From Thermoanaerobaculia bacterium (GTDB lineage Bacteria; Acidobacteriota; Thermoanaerobaculia; Multivoradales; DATKCC01): DNA of 31,234 nucleotides. The notes under the pieces were generated by a model that did not search any database, was not told where the DNA came from, and was given only the letters and a program-made list of their open reading frames with translations. The position numbers and the translations under genes are program-made. Shown piece by piece: positions 15,502 to 23,444 of the stretch; positions within the stretch are counted from its first letter, which is position 1; every line of letters starts with the position of its first letter. The stretch lies in the NCBI GenBank assembly GCA_035513375.1, contig DATKCC010000104.1:1-31234 (forward strand), written 5' to 3'.

Positions 15502-16164
15502 TCATCGCCCGGACTCCCATTCTGGCATCAGCCGGTCGAAGGCGTCGACCAGCGCCCGGTCGACCGCCTGGGCCGGCCCGGCTTGGTCGAAGGCCACCTC
15601 GTCTCCCCGGTACTGGACCCCGGCGCTCATCACCCGGGTGACGCTGCGGCCGGTGCCCTCCCGGCACAGGCTGGGCGCGCCCTGGCGGTGGAGGCAGAGC
15701 CGTACCGAGGCCCGGTAGGCCCAGCGCCTGCCTCCCGCGACGCCGCTCACCCGGTCCCGCGTAACCCCCATCGAGTCCAGGCTGCCGTGGGCGATCCATT
15801 CGGCGCCCGTCGCTTCGTGCCAGCGGTCGAGCCCCGCGTCCCCGGAAGGCTCCTCCGCCGACCCCCGCTCACGGAGCCAGTAGCCCCCGACCGCCTCCCG
15901 CACCGACGGTGCGAGCTCACGCTCCTCCAGGGTCTCGAAGGCGCCGCTGTCGGCGAGCATCTGGGACAGCCGCCCCCGCAACCCCATGCCGAGGCGCCTT
16001 TCCCGCCAGGCCTCCTCCTCGAGCGTCGTCTCGAGGCCGACCACCAACACGGTGGGTCGGCCGCCTCGGCCGGCGGGCTCCGGCGGGCTCACGGCCCGGA
16101 CCCCGGTCGCGCACGCGGCGAGGGCCGCCGCCCCGGCGATGGCGAGTGCGGCGCGCCCGGTCAT
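15502..16164 (-). CDS. CsgG/HfaB-like lipoprotein
   Basis: Lipobox LAAC. LGMGLRGRLSQMLADSGAFETLEER..GAEWIAHGSL pattern parallels the other CsgG-like genes in the cluster. Confidence 0.72.
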   Translation of the reverse strand: MTGRAALAIAGAAALAACATGVRAVSPPEPAGRGGRPTVLVVGLETTLEEEAWRERRLGMGLRGRLSQMLADSGAFETLEERELAPSVREAVGGYWLRERGSAEEPSGDAGLDRWHEATGAEWIAHGSLDSMGVTRDRVSGVAGGRRWAYRASVRLCLHRQGAPSLCREGTGRSVTRVMSAGVQYRGDEVAFDQAGPAQAVDRALVDAFDRLMPEWESGR

Positions 16165-16177
16165 GGCACCCCCGCCA

Positions 16178-17320
16178 TCAGAACCTCGTCGAGCTCCCCA
16201 GAGAGTAGGTCAGGCTGTCGAGCTCGTCGATCCCCTCGAGCACCCGCGCCCCCAGGGTGAGGGTGAAGCGCGGTGAGAAGTAGACGCTGAACATCCCACC
16301 GCCGGTGAAGAAGGTGTCGTCGTCGATCTCGGGCTCGATGACGTTGACGGCGTAGAGCTCGAAGTCGAGGGCGAAGCGCTCGCCCAGCGGAAAGCCGTAC
16401 GCCGCACCGGCGCCGAAGTTGATCAGGTCGTCCTCGAGCTCGTCGGAGGTCTGGTACTGGCCGAGGATGCCGCCGGAGAGAACCTGGCCACCGGCGAAGT
16501 AGCGAGCGAAGGCGAGCCGGGCCCCTCCCCCGACGAGGGTGTCGTCTACCGGGCCGCTCACGTCGCTCACCGTGCCGAAAGCCCCCCAGCTCCAGGCGGT
16601 GGCGCCGGCGCCCAGGGTGTGGCCGACGCTGAGCTGGCCGTTGAGGAGCCCGGTCGAGTCGCCGCCGTCAGGGCTCGCGTCCTGATAGCTCGCGGCGGCC
16701 CCGAGGAGGATCCCGGTCTCGGTCTCCCTCAGCCAGTCGAAGCGGATGCCTGTGGTCTCCCCGTCCAGGCCGCCGAGCTCCCAGCTCTCGTACTCGAGGG
16801 CGGTCGTGATCTCGGACAACGGGATCCGGTAGCGATCCGCTCCGTCTTCCTCCCCGTCCTCAGCCGCGTCGTCAGCCTCCTCGCCGTCCTCATCATCGCC
16901 GTCGCCGTCGGCCGCTTCACCCGCCGCCGCCGCGGCGGCCATGAGGTCGCGCGCCGCCATCCGCGCGGTCGCCGGGCGGACGATCTGGGAGCGGAACTGG
17001 CCGTAGCCCGCGAGGGTCAGGAGCTGCTGGCCGACGGGACCGGTGAGGGCCGCGGGCTCGGGGCAGATGGCGTTGACGGTGTAGCCGAGCTCCTCGCATG
17101 CGAAGTCGGCCGGCAAGCTCGACCAGCAGTAGTCGTCGCCGGCCGGATCGCCACCCGGTCGCAGGTGGCAGTGGCGCGCCTCGAAGCCGCGCTCCAGTCC
17201 GCAGAAGCGGCCGATGCAGATCTCCCCCTGCCGCTGCTGCCCGAACGACGGGAGCGCCAGGAGGGTGGAGACCGCGAGGGCGGTCAGCAGTGTGCGACGC
17301 AACCTGGTCATCGGCGTCAT
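16178..17320 (-). CDS. Outer-membrane beta-barrel protein with a short 6-Cys N-terminal domain and an acidic linker (autotransporter-like layout)
   Basis: Signal peptide, six Cys within about 55 aa, D/E-rich tract, then about 215 aa of amphipathic beta-strands ending YSLGSSTRF. Alternative start at ATG 17311. Confidence 0.7.
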   Translation of the reverse strand: MTPMTRLRRTLLTALAVSTLLALPSFGQQRQGEICIGRFCGLERGFEARHCHLRPGGDPAGDDYCWSSLPADFACEELGYTVNAICPEPAALTGPVGQQLLTLAGYGQFRSQIVRPATARMAARDLMAAAAAAGEAADGDGDDEDGEEADDAAEDGEEDGADRYRIPLSEITTALEYESWELGGLDGETTGIRFDWLRETETGILLGAAASYQDASPDGGDSTGLLNGQLSVGHTLGAGATAWSWGAFGTVSDVSGPVDDTLVGGGARLAFARYFAGGQVLSGGILGQYQTSDELEDDLINFGAGAAYGFPLGERFALDFELYAVNVIEPEIDDDTFFTGGGMFSVYFSPRFTLTLGARVLEGIDELDSLTYSLGSSTRF

Positions 17321-17384
17321 CTCCCATCCGTATCGTGGTTCGCGGGCTCGGCGGATTTCTGCCTCGGCAAGGCCATGGGTCCCG

Positions 17385-18077
17385 TCACTCCCCCGAGTCT
17401 CCGGCCGGGGGACCGGCGGGCTTGAACCGCCGCATCAGGGTCTCGACCGCCGCCGCCAGGGCCGCGTCGGTGGCGAGCCCCACCGTCGACCGGGCGAAGG
17501 CCACCTCGCTCTCGGTGCCGAGAACGTCGCCCACGCGCCGCACCTCGCCCGTGCCCGACGCCGGGAGGTACTCGGAGGTCTCGACGTCGACCAGCCGGAT
17601 CTGGATCGAGATCCGGGTCTCGGCCGTGGCGGTGCCGAGCCGCTGGAGGCCGAAGTCGTAGACCTCGCCGTAGAGGACGTAGCGCGCCCCCAGAAGGCGG
17701 CCGTGCCGGACCGCGGACTCGGCCGAGACCGCCCCGGTCGAGGACACCCACTGCCGGTCGATCAGGTCGGCCACCACCTCGGGCTTCTCCTCGACGAAGC
17801 GGAAGCGACCGGTGTCGAACAGGTGGTCGACCAGCAGGTTGTGGACGCCAAGGCCGACGCTGCGCTCGGCGAGCTGGGGGTAGCGCGCGCTCGTCGCCTC
17901 GGTGAGCCCCAGGGGGAGGACGGCGATCGGGATCGGGGGCGCATCGGCCGGAATCGCGGGGCGCCCCGTGGGACCTTCCTCCGGCTCGGCGGACCCCTCG
18001 GCCACCGCTGCATTCGGGCCGCCGGCGCACCCCGCGGACAGGATGAGGACGGCCATCAGGGTCACGAGCCTGGTCAT
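17385..18077 (-). CDS. CsgG/HfaB-family lipoprotein
   Basis: Lipobox-like LSAGC. IAVLPL..GLGVHNLLVDHLFDTGRFRFVEEK..AVRHGRLLGARYVLYGEV..IQIRLVDVET is the clearest CsgG-type match of the four. ATGA overlap with the kinase stop. Confidence 0.82.
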   Translation of the reverse strand: MTRLVTLMAVLILSAGCAGGPNAAVAEGSAEPEEGPTGRPAIPADAPPIPIAVLPLGLTEATSARYPQLAERSVGLGVHNLLVDHLFDTGRFRFVEEKPEVVADLIDRQWVSSTGAVSAESAVRHGRLLGARYVLYGEVYDFGLQRLGTATAETRISIQIRLVDVETSEYLPASGTGEVRRVGDVLGTESEVAFARSTVGLATDAALAAAVETLMRRFKPAGPPAGDSGE

Positions 18078-19861
18078 CTGCTTCCCCCTCTCCCCTTCGG
18101 CGGCTCGCCGGTAGCGCTCAGTGCGAGGACCTGGACGGCAGCGCGACGACCCGCCTCCGCGGCGGCCTCGGCGAGGGCGGTGAGCTCGCTGGGGGCGAGC
18201 TTCCCCTGGCTGTCGCCGGTGCCCACTTCGACGGTGCCGGCCCCCAGGAGCCGCCCGTTGGCCCCGTCGTACGCGCGCAGGTCGAGCACGGCCCGGCCGG
18301 TGTAGAAGCGGCCGACGCTCGGCTGCGCCTCCCCCTCGAAGCGCCCCACCACCACGACCGAGGCGCGGTAGCGCCGGCCGGCCTCGGCGATCCGGCCCGG
18401 ACCGGCGCCGGCGAGGTCGAGCCCCGAGGAGCCGGCACCGGGAGCGACCGCTTCATGGCCGCCGGCGATCAGCTCGTCGAGGAGCGCGCTCTCGGCCGCC
18501 CGGGCCGCGCCGGCCGGCTCGCCGGCGACCGCCAGCAGGAAGCGAGGGGAGCCGGCCGGCGCCGGGGCCGGACCGGGATTCGGCGGGCCGGGCGCCGGCA
18601 CGGGCGCCGAGGCGGTCTCGGTGGCCGAGTCTCCGGTCCCACCGGTCGACGGCAGCGGGAGCGGAATGGCGTCGGCTGCCGTCGCGCCGAGCGCGCCGTT
18701 CGGCGCGCCGGTCGCCGCCCCCTCGTCCCCGGGCTCCCCTGCCTCCGGCTCACCGTGGTCCGCGGCCGCGACCGGGTCCGGGTCGAGCCCGACCTCGAGA
18801 GCCTCGGGCTCCCCGCCCGCATCCGGCCGGAGGGACCAGAGCGCCAGCGCCACCGCCGCCACCAGGACGGCGGCCAGCGCGATCCACGAGGCGGTCCTCG
18901 GCGGGAGCCGGACCGCCGTCCGATAGGTGCCTCCCGCGGAGTCGCCGCCGGCGGGCGGCGAGCTCGGGACGACCCGCGTGGGCACCGCCAGGACCGTGGG
19001 CGCCAAGCGGGCCGGGTCCACCTGCTCATCGCCGGGCCGCCCGGTCCCGGCCAGGCCCGAGCGGACGGCCCGGAGCTCGGCGATTACCGGCGCGAGGCCG
19101 GGGTAGCGGGCGTCCGGGTCCTTGGCCAGGCAGCGGTCGATCACCGCCGCCAGCCGTTCCGGGCATTCGGGCCAGGCCGCCGGCAGCGGCGCGTGCACCT
19201 CGTGGGCTATCTGGTAGAGCACCGCCGACAGGCTTTCGCCTTCGAACGGCCGCCGGTAGGAGAGCAGCTCGTAGGCCAGGACGCCGAACGAGAAGATGTC
19301 CGCCCGCCGGTCCACGGGCTCGCCCCGGAGCTGCTCTGGCGGCAGGTAGCCGGCGGTCCCCATGGTCATCCCGGTCCGGGTGAGCTGGTCTTCAGCCGAC
19401 AGCAGCTTGGCGATGCCGAAGTCCATGATCTTGATCCGGCCGCCGTCGACCACCCGCATGTTGGCGGGCTTGATGTCGCGATGGACGATCTCCCGCGAAT
19501 GGGCGTAGTCGAGGGCTTCGGCGATCTCGATCAACCATTCGAGGCGGCGCTCGCGATCGACCGGGTCGCGCCGGGCGATGACCCGGTCGAGGTCCTCCCC
19601 CGGGAGAAACTCCTGGACCAGGTAAGAGCGCCCGCCTTCGGTGCCGAAGTCGAAGACGGTGGTGATGCCGGAGTGCTGGAGGCCGGCGGCGATCTCCGCC
19701 TCACGAAGGAACCGCGCCCGGAGCTCCGGGTCGGGGGCCGAGAGAGTCTTGATCGCGACCGGGCGCTTCAGGTCCGGGTCGCGGCCCCGATAGACCGTCC
19801 CGAACCCGCCTTCGCCGATCTGCTCTTGAACCTCATACTTCCCGAAGCTCTTCGGCGTCAT
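18074..19861 (-). CDS. Transmembrane Hanks-type Ser/Thr protein kinase with a periplasmic alpha/beta domain
   Basis: GEGGFG, VAIK, HRDIKPAN, DFG, GTAGYLPPE, DIFSFG. TM helix WIALAAVLVAAVALALWSL. Start ATG 19861, alternative TTG 19879. Confidence 0.94.
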   Translation of the reverse strand: MTPKSFGKYEVQEQIGEGGFGTVYRGRDPDLKRPVAIKTLSAPDPELRARFLREAEIAAGLQHSGITTVFDFGTEGGRSYLVQEFLPGEDLDRVIARRDPVDRERRLEWLIEIAEALDYAHSREIVHRDIKPANMRVVDGGRIKIMDFGIAKLLSAEDQLTRTGMTMGTAGYLPPEQLRGEPVDRRADIFSFGVLAYELLSYRRPFEGESLSAVLYQIAHEVHAPLPAAWPECPERLAAVIDRCLAKDPDARYPGLAPVIAELRAVRSGLAGTGRPGDEQVDPARLAPTVLAVPTRVVPSSPPAGGDSAGGTYRTAVRLPPRTASWIALAAVLVAAVALALWSLRPDAGGEPEALEVGLDPDPVAAADHGEPEAGEPGDEGAATGAPNGALGATAADAIPLPLPSTGGTGDSATETASAPVPAPGPPNPGPAPAPAGSPRFLLAVAGEPAGAARAAESALLDELIAGGHEAVAPGAGSSGLDLAGAGPGRIAEAGRRYRASVVVVGRFEGEAQPSVGRFYTGRAVLDLRAYDGANGRLLGAGTVEVGTGDSQGKLAPSELTALAEAAAEAGRRAAVQVLALSATGEPPKGRGGSR

Positions 19862-20006
19862 GTCGTCTCGCAGCTCCAAAGCTGTCTCGCCCCTGTCCTC
19901 CCAACGCTCATCGAGTCATCCCACTCTCATTCGCTCCTGCTTCCACCCGGGCCGCTGGTCGAGCCGCTCCGGCGAGAACCGCGGCTTCGATGTACTCCCG
20001 GGCTCC

Positions 20007-21599
20007 TCAGAACTTCCTCCGGAGCTCGACCCGCACGCCGTAGAGGTTCTCGCGGTCCGCCAGCCAGCCGTGCATGGCGTCGGCGCGGACGATCCAGGCG
20101 TTGGTCACCGGCTTCTGCCAGCGGATCCCGAGGGCGTACTCGTCGCCCAGGGCCTCGGTCACGCCGCCGCCGATCCTCTGGACCACCGCCCCCTCGATCA
20201 CGATCTGCTGATCGAGGGCGAAGAGGTACTGGACGCCCAGGGCGCCGCCGAAGGCGTCGTGGGCGCGGTCGTCTAGCTTGGGGTAGCCGGTCAGGCCGTC
20301 GGTCTCGAAGTTGATGCCGGTGTTCTTGAGCACCCCGCCCGCGTCCGCCGCCCGCACCAGCGCCTGGGGCCGGTCGAAGCCCGCGAACAGGTTCAGGTAG
20401 GGAACCAGGGTATACGGCCGGGAGGTCATGAGGTAGCTCTCGACCAGCACGAGCGCTCCGTCGGCGGTCTTCTCGCGCCCCGGAACGGGCTCCTGCCCGA
20501 GGTTCGCGATCAGGCGTACGCTGTTGGCGACGCGGCCGCCGTAGCGGCGCGAGAATGCGACCGTCAGGTTGTGGTAGTCGAGCTCGTCGAGGCCGGCGTC
20601 GACGAAGCCGTAGCCGAGCTCCCAGAAGCCCTCGTTGGCCTCGACGAAGCCGGCGACGCCGAACAGGTCGGCGGTGTCGGCAAGGGTGCCGTCGGCCCGG
20701 GTGACGGCGGCGGTCGTCACCTCGTCGAAGGCGGCGAAGAAGGTCAGGTCGATGTTGCTCGCGCCGAGGGCGTTGCTGCTGAAGGCGGGGATGGTGAAGG
20801 CCCCCCCGGTGACCGCGTCCTCGGTCCACACCCCGTTCTGGGTGAAGAGCGGGAAGAGGCCGACCGCGAAGGGCAGGTCGATCTGGTTCTCCCGGCCGCT
20901 CATCCCGCGGAAGATCGGCCCCACCTCGCCCTCGAAGAACAGGGTGTCGAGGTCGAGGTCGAGCTCCTCCTCGAAGCCTTCATTGCGCCCCGAGATGTCG
21001 TAGCGGGTGAAGCGGCCGTCCCTCTCCGTCGGGCGGACGAATAGGTGCAGCCGCTCGGTCGCGGTGAGCTTGAAGTCGAGCTCGAGGTTGAGCCGCGTGG
21101 CGACCGTCGCCTGGTAGGACTTCCCCGAGGCGTCGGCGGCGCCGAAGTCGTTGTAGGCGGCGGCGGTTCGCAGGTCGCCGTAGACCATGAGGTGGGGCGA
21201 GGCCGGGTTCTTGGCGCCGAACCACGCCTTGGCCGGCTCGAGCGGTCCTTCGCGGTAGAGCGGGCGGCCGAGCTCGAGCAGCGGGCGAGCCGTCCGGTTG
21301 AGGTGCTTGTCGCCGTAGATGGCGAGCTGCGCCGCCGGGTCGTACGGCTCGTGGGCGTAGGTCGGATCGGGCTTGAACACCCGCCGGTCGTGCTCGACGA
21401 GCTCGGCGCCCGCGGGCAGCTCCGGCCCCTCCTTCTCCTCGCCGTGGGCGGAGGTCTCGGCGGCGCCGGGGGCAGCCTCGGGGCTCGCTCCGTCGGTGAC
21501 CGCGGCCGCCGGGGCCGTGCCGGCCAGGATCGCTGCGAGCACCAGGGCGAGAGCGGCGAGGAGGACTGGTACGGACGGGATCGTCGGTCGCTGGATCAT
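20007..21599 (-). CDS. Large outer-membrane beta-barrel (porin-like) protein
   Basis: Start reassigned to ATG 21599 behind a GAGGGGGAGAG RBS (530 aa). Signal peptide, many amphipathic strands, C-terminus YGVRVELRRKF. Confidence 0.75.
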   Translation of the reverse strand: MIQRPTIPSVPVLLAALALVLAAILAGTAPAAAVTDGASPEAAPGAAETSAHGEEKEGPELPAGAELVEHDRRVFKPDPTYAHEPYDPAAQLAIYGDKHLNRTARPLLELGRPLYREGPLEPAKAWFGAKNPASPHLMVYGDLRTAAAYNDFGAADASGKSYQATVATRLNLELDFKLTATERLHLFVRPTERDGRFTRYDISGRNEGFEEELDLDLDTLFFEGEVGPIFRGMSGRENQIDLPFAVGLFPLFTQNGVWTEDAVTGGAFTIPAFSSNALGASNIDLTFFAAFDEVTTAAVTRADGTLADTADLFGVAGFVEANEGFWELGYGFVDAGLDELDYHNLTVAFSRRYGGRVANSVRLIANLGQEPVPGREKTADGALVLVESYLMTSRPYTLVPYLNLFAGFDRPQALVRAADAGGVLKNTGINFETDGLTGYPKLDDRAHDAFGGALGVQYLFALDQQIVIEGAVVQRIGGGVTEALGDEYALGIRWQKPVTNAWIVRADAMHGWLADRENLYGVRVELRRKF

Positions 21600-21613
21600 G
21601 GTCTCTCCCCCTC

Positions 21614-23383
21614 TCACTCGACCGCGAACTCGACGGTGTAGGGGTGGATGTCCACCATCCACTCGTTCATCGCCCGCTCCATGTCCTTGGTGGCGCCCAC
21701 GAACTTCATGAAGTAGAGCGGTTCGGCCCGGCTCCTCATCCGGACCGCCAGGCGGTAGAGCCCCGGTGTCTCGAGCAGCCTGCCGGGCACCGAGTACTTC
21801 GCGTCCTTGCTCCCCAGCGGCGGGATGCTGCGCTTCTCCATGCGGATGAACGGCGGGTGGTTGAGGATGCTCGTCGGGACGTTGGCCGGCCGGATGAACG
21901 GGATCTGGTCGGCGTCGAACGGCACCGGCAGGTACATCTCCCGGTCGGTGCCCTTCAGGTTGGTGGTCAGGAACTTGCTCTGGAGGTTGAAGAGCTGGCC
22001 GTCGTGGGGGAGCGTGCCGGCCTGGACGTCGAGCGAGTGGAGGTCGGCCATGTCGCCGTGGCTGTCGACGTAGCCCGATTCCCAGACCGTCTCGCCGGCG
22101 GGGTCGATCAGCGCCACGTTGAGCCAGATCTCCGGCTGGGCGCCGAGGGAGCCCGAGGGCATGTTGTGCCCCTTGTTGAGGTTGGTGACCCGGTAGTGGA
22201 AAGCGAGGTCCCGGCCGGTCCTGGGCTGGCGGCGGAAGTACGGGCCGTCGATCCGCGAGCTCGACTCCATGAGGTCGTGGCGGAGCGCGGCCTTCTCTTC
22301 GATCTTGCGCAGGTTCTCGTCGACGATCAGGCGCGCTTCCACCCGGTCGTCCTCGTAGGCCCAGGGCTCAGGGAAGTCGATCTCGACCGCGCCCTCAGCC
22401 ACCCGGTCCTCGAAGTCGGGCGTGCCCCAGCCGGCCCGGTAGTCGAAGGCCAGCCAGTCCCTTGCGGAGAAGCGCCGGGCGGCCGGGTGGTGGGGGAAGA
22501 TCCCGGGATGGGTGATCGGGTAGCCGGGGCCGACGAAGGCGTGGTTGGTCCGCTTCCTCGCGTCGTTGACCGTGCGGCCGTTGACGATCGCCGCGGGGCC
22601 GGTGGCGTAGCCGCTCGGCTGGCCCGGCCGGGTGCTCATGTGGCAGTCCTGGCAGGTGATCCCCTCGGCCAGGGCGGGTGAGGCCCGGTACTCGTCCCAC
22701 ACCGTCTCGAGCTTGATCCCGGGGTGGACCGCCACCTGGTGGCAGGAGAGGCAGAACTCCGACTGCCCGAGCTGCTCGAATCGGATCCCCTGGCGGTGGA
22801 TGTCGAGGCCCATCTCCCCCTCGGTCGCCGCCACGTTGTATGCCTCCCGGTTCTCGATCACCTCGGCCACTCCCGCGCCGCCGATCGAGCCGTAGACCGG
22901 CTCGCGAATGTCGCCGCGGAGGATCCGCCGCTCGCCGTTGACCTTGCCGTAGTACTCGTCCACCCGGTGGCAGGTGACGCAGGTCACCCCCTCGCGCGAG
23001 ACCTGCGAGCGCTCCCACAGCGGCATCGCCCGCGACTCGCCGAGCGAGGTGCTCACCGTGGCGTGGCAGCGCATGCAGAAGTAGCCGACCGTGCCCTGGG
23101 AGAGGTCGTTAATCCGCTGCTCGAACTTGTGGAACATCGGCGAGATCGAGGCGTAGGCGTGCGAGGAGAACCGCCACTCCTCGTACTGGGCCGGGTGGCA
23201 GGCGGCGCACTCCGAGGCCGACGGGAACAGGGTCTCGGCGAGGATCGCGGCGTGGGGGTCGGCGGCAACGTCTGCCGCCGCCCGCGGCTCGGGCGGCGCG
23301 TCCTGCTCCTGCGCCCCAACGGCCAGGCCGGCCGCGGTGAGCGCGAGCAGGCAAAGGCAGACGAGGCTGAACCCAGCTCTCAT
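21614..23383 (-). CDS. Secreted pentaheme c-type cytochrome (c554-like N-terminus) with a C-terminal beta-rich domain
   Basis: Start ATG 23383 behind an AGGAG RBS (589 aa). Signal peptide. CAACH, CMRCH, CVTCH, CLSCH, CQDCH, with extra His candidates (SSHA, TNHAF, KGHNMPSG). Confidence 0.9.
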   Translation of the reverse strand: MRAGFSLVCLCLLALTAAGLAVGAQEQDAPPEPRAAADVAADPHAAILAETLFPSASECAACHPAQYEEWRFSSHAYASISPMFHKFEQRINDLSQGTVGYFCMRCHATVSTSLGESRAMPLWERSQVSREGVTCVTCHRVDEYYGKVNGERRILRGDIREPVYGSIGGAGVAEVIENREAYNVAATEGEMGLDIHRQGIRFEQLGQSEFCLSCHQVAVHPGIKLETVWDEYRASPALAEGITCQDCHMSTRPGQPSGYATGPAAIVNGRTVNDARKRTNHAFVGPGYPITHPGIFPHHPAARRFSARDWLAFDYRAGWGTPDFEDRVAEGAVEIDFPEPWAYEDDRVEARLIVDENLRKIEEKAALRHDLMESSSRIDGPYFRRQPRTGRDLAFHYRVTNLNKGHNMPSGSLGAQPEIWLNVALIDPAGETVWESGYVDSHGDMADLHSLDVQAGTLPHDGQLFNLQSKFLTTNLKGTDREMYLPVPFDADQIPFIRPANVPTSILNHPPFIRMEKRSIPPLGSKDAKYSVPGRLLETPGLYRLAVRMRSRAEPLYFMKFVGATKDMERAMNEWMVDIHPYTVEFAVE

Positions 23384-23416
23384 GGCGTCTCCTCTCGGTT
23401 CGGAACCCTGCCTCGA

Positions 23417-23444
23417 AGTGTACACCGGGGCCGTTTCATTTCAT
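23417..23444 (-). promoter_or_regulatory. Putative promoter at the head of the cytochrome cluster (ATGAAA-N16-TACACT)
   Basis: Minus-strand TACACT at 23422-23417, with the same TACACTT core as the 15461 site. It is preceded by the tandem ATGAAATGAAA and lies 33 nt upstream of ATG 23383. Confidence 0.4.

Noticed and set aside
13106-18077. Curli (csg) or holdfast (hfa) operon
   Set aside because: Only CsgG-like domains are present. I saw no curlin repeat subunits or CsgE/F-like genes, so no csgG symbol was assigned.
19916-19930. In-frame TGA upstream of the kinase as selenocysteine or read-through extending the N-terminus
   Set aside because: No SECIS-like hairpin was recognised, there is no reason for Sec in a kinase leader, and the kinase domain begins right after ATG 19861.
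54-20314. Long ORFs opposite or out of frame with the called genes (e.g. 54-1739+, 1659-3305-, 4020-6140+, 6711-8399+, 11424-13391+, 18455-20314+, 24224-25804+)
   Set aside because: They have no recognisable motifs, show Arg/Pro/Gly-rich or mirror-codon composition, and fully overlap genes with clear family signatures. This is expected from stop-codon scarcity at high GC.
6813-23383. Identification of the cytochromes as NrfA, HAO/OTR or MtrA, and of the porin as MtrB
   Set aside because: There is no CxxCK motif. Heme spacing, lengths and domain layout differ, and the barrel is shorter than typical MtrB. Heme count alone is not identity.
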